Assembly (NCBI GenBank): GCA_963743915.1
Contig: CAVURN010000002.1
Coordinates: 640,001-704,000, forward strand
DNA from: an uncultured Actinomycetota bacterium
Lineage (GTDB): Bacteria > Actinomycetota > Actinomycetes > JAHEKZ01
Direction of reading: 5' to 3'
DNA: 64,000 nucleotides
The translations under genes were made by a program, and so were the position numbers. The notes beneath the pieces are model-generated. The model did not search any database and was not told the DNA's origin. It was given only the letters and a program-made list of their open reading frames with translations. Below are positions 40,813 through 50,792 of this stretch, piece after piece; positions within the stretch are counted from its first letter, which is position 1, and every line of letters starts with the position of its first letter.

Positions 40813-41790
40813 GCGTCCGCTCCCGCCGGGAGGGTGATGCGCCGACGTGGCACGGAGCGCTGCACGGATGAGCAGACCCAGGATGGCGAAGACGATCAGC
40901 GCGGCGAGAATGAACCCGATCATGATCACCGCCATGGCTGCGCCACGTGACCAGTTGAAGGTGTTGAGGAACTGCTCGGCCACGAGCACACCGGCCATGC
41001 TTCCCTTCGCGCCTCCGAGCAGCTGCGGGGTGATGTAGTCACCCATCAACGGGATGAACACCAACAACATGCCGGCGATGGCCCCTGGCATGGCCAGTGG
41101 CAGTGTCACCTGGAGGAAAGTCTTCACCTTGTTGGCGCCCAGGTCTTTGCTCGCCTCGCGGAGCGCCGGATCGATCCGCTCGAACGCCACGTAGAGCGGC
41201 AGGATCATCAGCGGCAGGTAGTTGTAGACGACACCGATCTGGACGCCGGTCTGGGTGTAGAGGAGCGCAAGCGGCGAGTTGGTGATCCCGAAGTCCTGCA
41301 GCTTGTCCGAGACGACGCCGTTGGGCGCGAGGATCAGCTGCCAGCCGATGGTCCGGACCAGGAAGTTCGTCCAGAACGGCACCAGGACGAGGCCGAGCAG
41401 GAAGCCTCGCCAGCGCGGGCTGACCTTGGTCGCCAGCCAGTAGGAGAAGGGCAGCGAGACGATCAGGCAGATGAAGGTGCCGGTGATGGCGATGCGGAGC
41501 GTCCGCCAGAAGATGGGGGTATAGGCGGGGTCGAAGGCCTCGCTGAAGTTGTTCAGCGACCACACGGACGGGCTGACGTCGGGCTTCTGGATGAAGGTGC
41601 TGACCTGCTCGCCGAGGCTGTAGAGCAGCACAAGACCGACCGGCAGCGCGAAGAACAGGATGAACCACGTCCACGCCGGCAGGGCCAGCAGGAACTTGGG
41701 CGAGCGCCATCGCCGCTTGGCCCGTGGGGCGCTCGAGGTGCCGGGAGCTGCCGAACCGGTGTCGGCAGTCTCCTGCGTGTCCGTGGTCAT
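40809..41790 (-). CDS. potB: Polyamine-type ABC permease (PotB-like); probable frameshift near 40850 hides its stop
   Basis: LVPFWTNFLVR, YNYLPLMILPLY, EASKDLGA, NWSRGAA. Confidence 0.85.
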
Positions 41791-41797
41791 CGAGCCG

Positions 41798-42973
41798 TCA
41801 GCCGCCGGCCGCCGACTTGAACTTGTTGTAGATCTCGACGCGACGGTCCTGCGCGGCGTTGAGCTCGCCCGACTCCATGGTGGCGACCTGCTCCTCGGTG
41901 AAGAACACGATGTCGAGGCGCTCGATCCCGGCCTCCTCCGCCAGCGGCTGGATGTCCTTCACCCCCGTGTGGTAGCCGATGTACTCGAGCTCCAGCAGCG
42001 ACACCTCTGGCTGCAGCAGGTAGTCCATCCACGCGTAGGCGGCGTTGGGGTGCGGCGCACCGACCGGGATGGCGTAGGTGTCCATCCAGATCTCGGTACG
42101 TGGTGTGGGGAGCACCCACTTCCACTGGTCGGGGTCGTCGGCGCCGAGGATCCCCTGGCGAGCGTCCCCGTTCCACGCGTGCACCAAGGCGAAGTTGCCG
42201 TTCTGCATGTCGCCACCACCGGGGTACGACACGAACGCCTTGACATGCGGAGCCAGCTCATTGAGCAGGAACTCTTCGCAGGCGTCCAGCTCGGCGGTGT
42301 CCTCGGTCATCCAGTTGAGGTCGTTGGCCCAGAGCCAGAGCCCGACCACGTTGTCGGGGCTGTCGAGGATCGAGAAGTTGCCGCTGGCGTCGGTCATCGC
42401 AACATCGATGAAGTCCTGCCAAGTCGCCATCTCACGGTCGATCTTGGTGGTGTCGTACGCATACCCGGTCGTGCCCCAGTCCTTGCAGATGGAGTACTTG
42501 TTGCCCGGGTCCCACGGCTGGTCCTTGTACTGCTCCTCGAGGTTGCCGAAGTTCTTCAGTCGGCTCAGGTCGAGCTCCTGCACCAGCTCGTTCTCGACCA
42601 ACGCAGGAATGAACGGACCGGTCGGGACGATGAGGTCGTAGCCGGACGTTCCCTGTGCCGCGCTCAGCTTCGCGATCAGCTGCTCGTTGGAGTTGTACGA
42701 GTCGAGGGTGAACTTCAGGTCGTTCGCGGTCTCGAACGACTTGATCACCTTCGGGGCGTTGTACTCGCCCCAGGTGAACATGTTCAGCTCACTCTCGATC
42801 TCGCCGGCGGGCGCCGCCTGGGTGTCCGGAGTGGACTCTTCTCCACACGCCGCGAGCAGCGCCGAGCCGCCCACCGCGGCACCGGCGGCGCCGCCCATGA
42901 AGAGTCGACGGGAGATGCGCTGGGCTGCCTCCGGCGGGGCGAGAATCTTGATCGGTTCGTTCAGGTCACTCAT
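41798..42973 (-). CDS. potD: Polyamine ABC substrate-binding lipoprotein (Tat signal)
   Basis: SRRLFMG twin-arginine, LAAC lipobox, FTWGEY, GYDLIVPT, WGTTG, WNGD. Confidence 0.88.
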   Translation of the reverse strand: MSDLNEPIKILAPPEAAQRISRRLFMGGAAGAAVGGSALLAACGEESTPDTQAAPAGEIESELNMFTWGEYNAPKVIKSFETANDLKFTLDSYNSNEQLIAKLSAAQGTSGYDLIVPTGPFIPALVENELVQELDLSRLKNFGNLEEQYKDQPWDPGNKYSICKDWGTTGYAYDTTKIDREMATWQDFIDVAMTDASGNFSILDSPDNVVGLWLWANDLNWMTEDTAELDACEEFLLNELAPHVKAFVSYPGGGDMQNGNFALVHAWNGDARQGILGADDPDQWKWVLPTPRTEIWMDTYAIPVGAPHPNAAYAWMDYLLQPEVSLLELEYIGYHTGVKDIQPLAEEAGIERLDIVFFTEEQVATMESGELNAAQDRRVEIYNKFKSAAGG

Positions 42974-42998
42974 GTGCTTCCTTATCTCTCGTCCCGGC

Positions 42999-44156
42999 TC
43001 AGTTGCCGGCCAGCACTTCTGCTTTGTCGGACGCCGGGTCGGCCAGTACGAGGTCGGCCTGATCGGCGGTGAACAGGTACGTGTGGTCGGCGTTCCACGA
43101 GCACCAGACCGACTGTCCCGTCTCCAGACGGGGCGCCCGGGTCCTCGGGAGGCGAGCCAGGATCTCCCGGCCCTCCCCGGCGGACACCACGAACTGGATG
43201 ACGTCGCCGAGGTGCGAGATGCCGGCCAGCTCGCCGCGGAGCACGTTCACCGTGGCGCCCGGATCGGTCTCACTGACCGTGATCGCCTCGGGGCGGACGG
43301 CAGCCAGCGCCGCAGAGCCCACCGTGAGCGAGTCCGCCGGTCGGCTCGAGGTCAGCGTCGCGCCGTCTGACTTGATGGACGCGCCCCCCTCGAGGGCCCG
43401 GCCGCGGAAGAAGTTCTGCTGGCCGATGAATCCCGCCACGAAGGCTGACGAGGGGTGCTCGTAGATCGTGTAGGGGTCACCGAGCTGCTCGATGCGGCCG
43501 TCGAGCATGACCGCGATGCGGTCACTCATCGACAGGGCTTCTTCCTGGTCGTGCGTGACGAAGATGAAGGTGATGCCCAGCTGGGACTGCAGCAGCTTCA
43601 GCTCGATCTGCATCTCTTCGCGCAGCTTGCGGTCAAGGGCGCCGAGCGGTTCGTCGAGAAGCAGCAGGCTCGGTCGGTTGACGAGTGCTCGCGCCAGCGC
43701 GACTCGCTGCTGCTGTCCACCGGAGAGCTGCTTCGGCTTGCGCTCGGCCAGCGGGCGCATCTTGACCATGTCGAGAGCCTCGGCCACCCGCTGGCCCATG
43801 TCGGCCTTGCCGACACCGCGCTGACGCAGCCCGTAGGCCACGTTCTCGGCCACGGTCATGTGCGGGAAGAGGGCATAGGCCTGGAAGACGGTGTTCACGT
43901 CACGCTTGTGGGGCGGCGTCCCGGCGATGGGCTGGCCCGAGATGCGCATCTCACCGGAGGTCGGTTCCTCGAAGCCGGCGAGCATCCGCAGCGTGGTGGT
44001 CTTGCCGCACCCACTCGGTCCGAGCAGGGAGATGAACTCACCCGGCTGGACGCTGAGATTCATCGTGTCGACAGCGGTGAAGTCGCCGAACTTCTTGACG
44101 ACGTCGATGAGCTCGACGGCTCCCGTCACCTCGCTGGAGCGAACTGCTTCTGTCAC
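42999..44156 (-). CDS. potA: Polyamine ABC transporter ATP-binding protein
   Basis: [45 protein letters not shown] tail. Confidence 0.92.
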   Translation of the reverse strand: MTEAVRSSEVTGAVELIDVVKKFGDFTAVDTMNLSVQPGEFISLLGPSGCGKTTTLRMLAGFEEPTSGEMRISGQPIAGTPPHKRDVNTVFQAYALFPHMTVAENVAYGLRQRGVGKADMGQRVAEALDMVKMRPLAERKPKQLSGGQQQRVALARALVNRPSLLLLDEPLGALDRKLREEMQIELKLLQSQLGITFIFVTHDQEEALSMSDRIAVMLDGRIEQLGDPYTIYEHPSSAFVAGFIGQQNFFRGRALEGGASIKSDGATLTSSRPADSLTVGSAALAAVRPEAITVSETDPGATVNVLRGELAGISHLGDVIQFVVSAGEGREILARLPRTRAPRLETGQSVWCSWNADHTYLFTADQADLVLADPASDKAEVLAGN

Positions 44157-44300
44157 TCCTCGCTACCTCCTCGAGTCGTGCCACGGGTGCTGTTCGCCAT
44201 CGACCACAGTCAACCGCATGCTGGCGGCATCCAATCAGACGCCCGACGTCCACGGGCAGCATTGCGACCTATTCGTGACCTCCGTGTCACTCTCCGTGGC

Positions 44301-45943
44301 CTACCGACGGAAGACCACCGATCCTGATGCCACGGTCAGGTCCACCGCAGGCGTCCGCGATGGTGCCCTCGGGGAGCGCGAAGATGTCCCGGTCGAGCAC
44401 CGCCAGGTCGGCCCGCATGCCCGGCTCGAGGCGGCCGGCGTCCTCGTCGTGGTTCACGTGGGCGGTACCTGAGGTGAAGGCGGTCAGCGCCACCTCCAGC
44501 GACACCCGCTCCTCCGGGAGGAAGGCCGGCGCGTCCGGCGTCAGAGTGGCCGCGCCGGTTGACCATCACGTCGATCTCCTCGAGCGGGTTCGCAGACGTC
44601 ACCGACCAGTCGCTTCCTCCGGCCAGCTGCGCCCCGGACCGCAGCAGCGACCCGAACGGATACATGAGCTCCACGCGCTCGCGCCCGAGGAACGGGACCG
44701 TCAGCTCCTCCATCTGGGGGTCGCTCTGGGCCCACAGCGGCTGGCAGTTGGCGATCACGCCCAGCTCGGCGAAGCGCGGGATGTCGTCCGGCTGCACGAT
44801 CTGGATGTGTGCGATGTGGTGGCGATGGTCGCTCATGCCATTGGCCGCCCGGGCCGCACCGACCGCATCGAGTGCATTCCGCACCGCGCGGTCACCGATC
44901 GCGTGCATGTGCACCTGGAACCCGAGACGGTCGAGCTCGGTGACGGCGGCTCCGAGCAGGTCTGGCTCGACGTAGCTGAGTCCGTGGTTGTCGGTGTGGC
45001 CGCCGCAGCCGTCGCAGTAGGGCTCGAGGAGCGCTCCGGTGTAGTTCTCGAGGACGCCGTCGGTCATGATCTTCACGCTCGTCGCGTGGAAGTTGCCGAT
45101 CACGCCGCTCTCCCGTTGTTCCTGGAACTGCGGGATCTGGTCGAGGCCCTGGTGGCGGTCCCACCACAGGGCTCCGGTCACCCGCGCGGTCAGGCCACCG
45201 TTCTCGGCCAGGGACCGGTAGGCGGCGTGCGTCCCGGGGGTCACCCAGGCGTCCTGCCAGGCGGTGATCCCGAGCGCGTGCAGGTGCTCCTGCGCGTTCA
45301 GGATCGCCGCCTCCCACTCGGCGCGTCCCGGCGTCGGGACCAGCGTGTCGTTGAAGGTGTAGGCCGCACCCTCGTGGAGCATGCCCGTCGGCTCGCCCGT
45401 CTCGGGGTCGCGCTCGATCCGTCCGTCGGACGGGTCCGGCGTGTCCTTCGTGATTCCCGCTCGCTCGAGCGCGACCGAGTTCACCCAGGCTCCGTGCACG
45501 TCCTTGTTGAACAGGAAGACCGGACGGTCCGGGACGATGGCGTCGAGGTCCTCCTTGCGCGGCAGTCCTCCGGGGAAGCACTCCATCGCCCAGCCGCCCC
45601 CGACGACCCACGGCTCATCGGGGTTCGCACGGGCGTAGGCGGCGATCGCCTCGAGGTAGTCCGAGCGGCCCTGCAGATCGTTCAGCCAGACCCGCAACCG
45701 GTTGCGTCCTGCAAAAGGTGCGTGGACGTGCGCGTCCTGGAAACCGGGGACAGCAAGCCGGCCCGGCAGGGAGAGCACCTCGGTGCCCGGGCCACGCAGG
45801 TCCGACAGCTCGCCGGGCTCGCGCCCCACGGCGAGGATCCGACCGTCCTTGAGGGCGATCTCTCGTCCGCGCGACCCGGACGCGTCGTTCGTGTACACGG
45901 TGAGGTCGGTGAGCAGCAGGTCAGCGGTGGGTGTCGACGGCAT
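44301..45943 (-). CDS. Amidohydrolase family 3 (YtcJ/NfdA-like), frameshifts near 44540 and 44340
   Basis: PGFQDAHVH, KIMTDG, HAIGDRA, HIAHIQ, GSDWSV, GMRADLAVLD. Confidence 0.88.
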
Positions 45944-46011
45944 GCGAGGCATCTTTGACTGCCCGGGCCGTCGGAGCAAGTGACCGGGGCGGCGCTCCGT
46001 ACCGTGGACCC

Positions 46012-46596
46012 ATGGAGGAGCCGAAGCTGGCGGATCGGGGAGACGCAGGGCGCCTCGCCCGCACCTTCGCCCGGGCCATGCTGCACGACCCGATGATCCG
46101 CTGGCCGCTCCTGGGTGACGTGGACGTCGGACGGCTCGAGCACATGACGGGCCCTCTGGTCGACATGTACCTCGAGGTCTCGGCCGCCTGGCTTCTGCAG
46201 AGCGGGACGGCGATGGCCGCTTGGATCCCCCCGGATGCGGCCTCACGCTTCGAGGCTCTGGAGCAGCCCACCCGGCGAGCCATCGCTCCGTGGACCGGGG
46301 ACGACGGCGTCCGCTACGGGCGCTTCTGGGACTGGTTGGCGGCGCACATCCCCGATGAGCCCGCGTGGTTCCTCGACCTGGTCGCCGTCGACCCGAGCGT
46401 GCAGGGACGTGGCCTCGGCACTCGGCTGATCCGGCACGGTCTCGAGCTTGCTCGCGGCACGTCGCTGCCGGCGTTCCTCGAGACCGGCCAGGAGCGCAAC
46501 GTGAGCCTCTACGAGCGGTTCGGCTTCCATGTCGTCGCGCGCGAGTCGGCTCCCGATGGCGGGCCAACGATCTGGTTCATGAGCACAGACCCCTGA
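46012..46596 (+). CDS. GNAT N-acetyltransferase (puromycin acetyltransferase-like)
   Basis: VAVDPSVQGRGLG, FLET, NVSLYERFGF; leaderless TACCGT-N6-ATG. Confidence 0.88.
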   Translation: MEEPKLADRGDAGRLARTFARAMLHDPMIRWPLLGDVDVGRLEHMTGPLVDMYLEVSAAWLLQSGTAMAAWIPPDAASRFEALEQPTRRAIAPWTGDDGVRYGRFWDWLAAHIPDEPAWFLDLVAVDPSVQGRGLGTRLIRHGLELARGTSLPAFLETGQERNVSLYERFGFHVVARESAPDGGPTIWFMSTDP

Positions 46597-46638
46597 GCGC
46601 AGCGTGAGCGCACCACCGCCTCTCCTAGGATCGGCCCT

Positions 46639-47961
46639 GTGACGGACTTCGCCCCCGCCGACTACTCCCTGACGGCGTCGCCGGGACGCACACTGCCGGT
46701 GGCGGTGCGGGCCAAGGGCATGCGCATCTGGGACCGCGACGGGCAGGAGTGGCTGGACGCGTGCGGCGGTGCCATGGTGATGAGCCTCGGGCACTGTCAC
46801 CCGCGTCTGGTCGAGGCGGCACAGAGGCAGCTGGAGAAGATCACCTTCACCTACCGCTTCTCCTTCTCGAACGAGCCCATGATCGAGCTGGCTGCGCTGA
46901 TCCGTGAGATCGCGCCCATGGAGCGGGGCTGGGCCTTCTTCAACTCGTCCGGCTCGGAGTCGATCGAGTCGGCCATTCATCTCGCCCTCCTGTACTGGCA
47001 GCACCAGGGACGCACCGGCAAGACCGAGCTCATCTCGCGCTACCCCAGCTTCCACGGCTCGACCCTCGGTGCCCTCGGTCTGTCCGGCTCCCGTTGGCGA
47101 CAGGCCTTCGACCATGTGCTCGAGGACAACCCCGTCGCCGAGGCGCCGAACGCCGACATCCGGTCCGGCCGCACAGCCGACGAAGAGCTGACCTTCGGGC
47201 TGCGGCAGATCGAGGACGCCTTGGTCGCCCGCGGGCCCGAGAACGTGGCCGCGGTGTTCCTCGAGCCGATCTCGGGTGCCAGCACCGCCGCCGTCGTGCC
47301 ACCGGAGGGCTACCTCGAAGGCGTCCGCGCCCTCTGCGACCGGTACGACGTGCTGATGATCTGCGACGAGACCGTCACCAGCTTCGGCCGCACCGGCACG
47401 TGGTGGGCCGTCGACCACTGGAACGTCACGCCCGACATCGTCACGTTCGCCAAGGGGGTGAGCAGCGGTGTCGTCCCCTTCTCGGGGTTGGCGATCGCCG
47501 GACGGGTCGCGGATGTCTTCGCCGCCGCACCGGAGGGATTCCCCTTCGGCCACACGTACTCAGGCAACCCGGTCGGCTGCGCGGTCGCGTCCGAGGTCAT
47601 CCGGGTCATCCGCGACGACGGGCTGCTCGAGCACAGCACGGTGATGGGTGAGCGCCTGAGGCAGGGCCTGCTGGAGATCGCGGACGCCTCGCCACATGTC
47701 GGCCAGGTGCGGGGACGCGGCCTGCTGCAGGGCGTCGAGCTGGTGACCGACAAAGGTTCCCTGACTCCATTGGCGGGCGCCGCGTCTCGGTTGACCGGCC
47801 TCGCCCACGACCGGAACCTGATGATCTACAGCTGCCCCACCCCGCTTCATGACACGGTGATCGAGGCGGTGATGCTCGCGCCTCCGCTGAACCTCGACGA
47901 AGCTGACGTCGACGAGATCGTCAACCGCTTCGGCGACGCGGTGGCCGGACTCGCCCTCTGA
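46639..47961 (+). CDS. Class III PLP-dependent aminotransferase
   Basis: SGSESIE, SFHGST, FLEP, ICDETVTSFGRTG, PDIVTFAKG, GHTY; leaderless TAGGAT-N7-GTG. Confidence 0.92.
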   Translation: MTDFAPADYSLTASPGRTLPVAVRAKGMRIWDRDGQEWLDACGGAMVMSLGHCHPRLVEAAQRQLEKITFTYRFSFSNEPMIELAALIREIAPMERGWAFFNSSGSESIESAIHLALLYWQHQGRTGKTELISRYPSFHGSTLGALGLSGSRWRQAFDHVLEDNPVAEAPNADIRSGRTADEELTFGLRQIEDALVARGPENVAAVFLEPISGASTAAVVPPEGYLEGVRALCDRYDVLMICDETVTSFGRTGTWWAVDHWNVTPDIVTFAKGVSSGVVPFSGLAIAGRVADVFAAAPEGFPFGHTYSGNPVGCAVASEVIRVIRDDGLLEHSTVMGERLRQGLLEIADASPHVGQVRGRGLLQGVELVTDKGSLTPLAGAASRLTGLAHDRNLMIYSCPTPLHDTVIEAVMLAPPLNLDEADVDEIVNRFGDAVAGLAL

Positions 47962-47967
47962 GCCGGT

Positions 47968-48903
47968 TCAGGGCGTGAGCACGATCTTTCCCCCGGCTTC
48001 GCCGGAGTCGAGCAGTCGGTGCGCCTCGGCAGCTTCCTCGAGCGGCAGACGGTGCGTGACGTGTGTGCGCAGGCGTCCGGTGCCGTAGAGGTCGGCCAGC
48101 TCTCGGGTGCGATCGCCGTCGTCGCGGATGAGAACCCCGTGGAAGGTCTGGTTGGCGTCGATCATCTGGTCGACGTCGAGCTCGGGGGTGGCGATCGCCA
48201 CGATCAATCCGTCATCGCGAAGGTGTGGCTGCACCTGGCGGATCATGGGTCCCCCCACCAGGTCGGCGACCGCGTCGAAGGAACCGCCGGCGATCTCAGC
48301 AGCCCTGTCCATGGCGTCGGGACGGGTGTAGTCGACGCAGCCGATCGCCCCGAGGTCGTGCATCACCGCGTGGCTCCGCTGCCGTCCGACTCCCACCACC
48401 CGCAGGCCGGCGGCCGCTGCCAGCTGCACGAGGAACAGCCCCACGCCTCCACTGGCACCCAGGACGAGCACCGACGACCCGGCCGGATGCAGACGATCGA
48501 GCACTTCCAGCGCCGTCCCGGCCGCCAGCGGGATGGACGCCGCGTCGACCAGGTCGACGCTCTCGGGCAACGCTGCGACCAGGGTCGTGTCCACCACCAC
48601 GTACTCGGCGTAGCCGCCCTGCCCTCGGGGGAACGCCGTCATCGCCATCACCGGCTGTCCCCGCTGCAGCTCGTCGACCCCGTCTCCGAGAGAGTGCACC
48701 CGCCCGGCCACGTCGTACCCGAGCACGCAGGGAGCGGTAAGGCCGGCCCACGACGGATCCACACGGTTGAAGGTGTCGACGGGGTTGACGCCCGCACCCG
48801 CCACCGCGATCAGTACCCGTCCAGGGCCGGGGTCGGGGGTGGGCACCTCACGCACCCGCATCCCCTCCGGGCTCCCGAACTGCTCGACGACCACGGCTCT
48901 CAT
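47968..48903 (-). CDS. MDR family NADPH:quinone oxidoreductase-like protein
   Basis: GVNPVD, LGYDVAG, GGYAEY, GASGGVG, GKIVL. Confidence 0.88.
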   Translation of the reverse strand: MRAVVVEQFGSPEGMRVREVPTPDPGPGRVLIAVAGAGVNPVDTFNRVDPSWAGLTAPCVLGYDVAGRVHSLGDGVDELQRGQPVMAMTAFPRGQGGYAEYVVVDTTLVAALPESVDLVDAASIPLAAGTALEVLDRLHPAGSSVLVLGASGGVGLFLVQLAAAAGLRVVGVGRQRSHAVMHDLGAIGCVDYTRPDAMDRAAEIAGGSFDAVADLVGGPMIRQVQPHLRDDGLIVAIATPELDVDQMIDANQTFHGVLIRDDGDRTRELADLYGTGRLRTHVTHRLPLEEAAEAHRLLDSGEAGGKIVLTP

Positions 48904-49415
48904 GGGCTCGGTGTGACAGTGCCGCTGATCAGGACCTGGTGAGTCGCGATCCGCGCCGGGGTGCGCCAACGTCCGTCGACGTTCACCTCCAACGAGAAGC
49001 GATAGGTGCCAGGGGGAACGTCGGCCACGAGGTACTGAAGCGTGGTCGAGTCGCGATGCGCCGTCGGTCGGATCCGGCGTGCGCCTGGGGTGGCGTCACG
49101 GGGGCTGTCGTTCGGCCCTTGCACCCGCAGACTGGCCGCGAACGGGTCCTGCGAAGCCCGGTACCCGAACGAGAAGGACACGACCACGTCAGCGCGTTCC
49201 GTGAGGGCAACAGCGACCGGACGCATCAGACCGATGGCGCCGACATCACCGCTGTAGTCAGCTGAGGGACCCTGCTGACGATAGGCGTGGAACTCGGCAG
49301 CGGCGGCCGGCTCGACGACGGTCATCCGAACGGCTCCGGCATGCGCGACGGCTCCGAGCGCGACCAGGCCGGCCACCGTCACGACCGCCACCGCCGCTTT
49401 CACCGCACGAGACAT
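48900..49415 (-). CDS. Hypothetical secreted protein
   Basis: Signal peptide, beta-rich mature region; ATGA overlap with the MDR gene. Confidence 0.6.
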   Translation of the reverse strand: MSRAVKAAVAVVTVAGLVALGAVAHAGAVRMTVVEPAAAAEFHAYRQQGPSADYSGDVGAIGLMRPVAVALTERADVVVSFSFGYRASQDPFAASLRVQGPNDSPRDATPGARRIRPTAHRDSTTLQYLVADVPPGTYRFSLEVNVDGRWRTPARIATHQVLISGTVTPSP

Positions 49416-49439
49416 GTGGGTACCCGCGATCCGGGCGAC

Positions 49440-49628
49440 TCAGGCAACTCCCCGGACCTGCGTCGGTGCCTCGACGACGGGCTCGAACGCCTCGATGTAG
49501 GCCGCTCCACAGGTGATGCAGGCCCACTCCCGCGGACGGGTGTCGCTGTCGACGAGCACCATCTCGAAGGAGACGTCGCCGGCGCAGTCGCTGCACCACA
49601 GCTCGACGATCTCGATGCTGGTCGCCAT
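49440..49628 (-). CDS. Zn-ribbon microprotein (62 aa)
   Basis: WCSDC...WACITCG (CxxC-n-CxxC); GAGGAGG RBS. Confidence 0.72.
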   Translation of the reverse strand: MATSIEIVELWCSDCAGDVSFEMVLVDSDTRPREWACITCGAAYIEAFEPVVEAPTQVRGVA

Positions 49629-49668
49629 GATCGATTCCTCCTCGGGGGCTTCTCTCCGTACTGAGTCC

Positions 49669-49690
49669 ACGCTGACACGGGGGTCTGACA
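49669..49690 (-). promoter_or_regulatory. PafBC/RecA-NDp-type DNA-damage promoter motif
   Basis: TGTCAG-ACCCCCGTGT(N10)-CAGCGT. Confidence 0.55.
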
Positions 49691-49709
49691 GCACCCTGGA
49701 TTCGCGCCG

Positions 49710-49734
49710 GTGTGTCGCCCCGGAATCGGGGTAT
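49710..49734 (+). promoter_or_regulatory. SigB/SigF-type promoter for ku
   Basis: GTGT-N15-GGGTAT. Confidence 0.45.
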
Positions 49735-49829
49735 GTCCGGGAAAAGGGCCAGATCACCGGGTCAGATGGCGCTGGGCTGCGTCATCATGGGGTGACTGCT
49801 GCCGCGCCACCACCCCAGGGGAGCATCCG

Positions 49830-50780
49830 ATGCAGACTGTCTGGAAGGGCTCGATCGCGTTCGGCCTGGTGTCGATCCCGGTCCGCCTGGTCTCTGCGAC
49901 CGAGGAGAAGGACGTCCCCCTCCGACAGGTGCACGAGGCTGACGGTGGGCGGATCAAGTACAAGCGCTTCTGCTCCGTGGACGGTGAGGAGGTCCCCTAC
50001 CCGGAGATCGCCAAGGGGTACGAGATCGAGGACGACAACGTCGTCGTCCTCACCGACAAGGACCTCGCCAACCTGCCCATAGCGTCCACGAAGTCGGTCG
50101 AGGTCGTGAGCTTCGCCGAGCAGGACGAGATCAACCCGGTGGCGTTGTCGAAGGCGTACTACGCCGAGCCCACGGGCGACGCGAAGCCCTACGTCCTCCT
50201 GTACGAGGCACTCGTGGCCACTGGCAAGGTGGCGATCGTCAAGCTGGCGCTCCGGCAGCGCGAGCGGCTGGCGACGATTCGCGCGCAGGACGGCGTCCTC
50301 GTGGTGCAGACGATGTTGTGGCCCGACGAGGTCCGCAAGCCGCACTTCTCGTTCATGGACGACGGCGTGGAAGTCCGACCGCAGGAGCTCGAGATGGCAT
50401 CGATGTTCGTGGGCGCGCACGAACAGGGCTACGAGCCGAGCCAGTTCCACGACCGGTACCGCGAGGCCTTGCGCGAGCTGGTCGATGCCAAGATCGCCGG
50501 GCAGGAGATCGCCCGTCCGGTCGAGGCAGCCCCGGACTCGAACGTGATCGACCTGATGGAGGCGTTGCGCGCCAGCGTCGCCGCCGCCGAGGGCCGACCC
50601 GTCCCGGCGCAGAAGACCGTGGCCAAGAAGGCAGCCCCGAAGAAGGCAGCCAAGTCACCCGCGAAGAAGACCACTGCCAAGAAGGCAGCCCCGAAGAAGG
50701 CAGCCAAGTCACCCGCGAAGAAGACCGCCACCAAGAAGTCCACCACCAAGAAGACAGCCGCCAGACGCAAGACCGCCTAG
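49830..50780 (+). CDS. ku: Ku NHEJ protein with Lys/Ala-rich tail
   Basis: WKGSIAFGLVSIPV, IAKGYE, WPDEVR, DRYREAL, NVIDLMEALRASV. Confidence 0.96.
   Translation: MQTVWKGSIAFGLVSIPVRLVSATEEKDVPLRQVHEADGGRIKYKRFCSVDGEEVPYPEIAKGYEIEDDNVVVLTDKDLANLPIASTKSVEVVSFAEQDEINPVALSKAYYAEPTGDAKPYVLLYEALVATGKVAIVKLALRQRERLATIRAQDGVLVVQTMLWPDEVRKPHFSFMDDGVEVRPQELEMASMFVGAHEQGYEPSQFHDRYREALRELVDAKIAGQEIARPVEAAPDSNVIDLMEALRASVAAAEGRPVPAQKTVAKKAAPKKAAKSPAKKTTAKKAAPKKAAKSPAKKTATKKSTTKKTAARRKTA
50622..50726 (+). repeat. In-frame tandem duplication (54-nt period) in the Ku tail
   Basis: gccaagaaggcagccccgaagaaggcagccaagtcacccgcgaagaagacc at 50622 and 50676. Confidence 0.9.
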
Positions 50781-50792
50781 TCGCCTCTCCGG

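Noticed and set aside
39946-41790. Fused PotB-PotC permease (614 aa)
   Set aside because: An ATGA stop/start overlap exists at 40809-40812 and one indel near 40850 explains the read-through; a true fusion is not fully excluded
45991-46640. Leaderless gene starts (-10 element 6-7 nt before the start codon) as a novelty
   Set aside because: Real pattern here and at 18720, 21067, 29124 and 34066, but normal for actinobacteria
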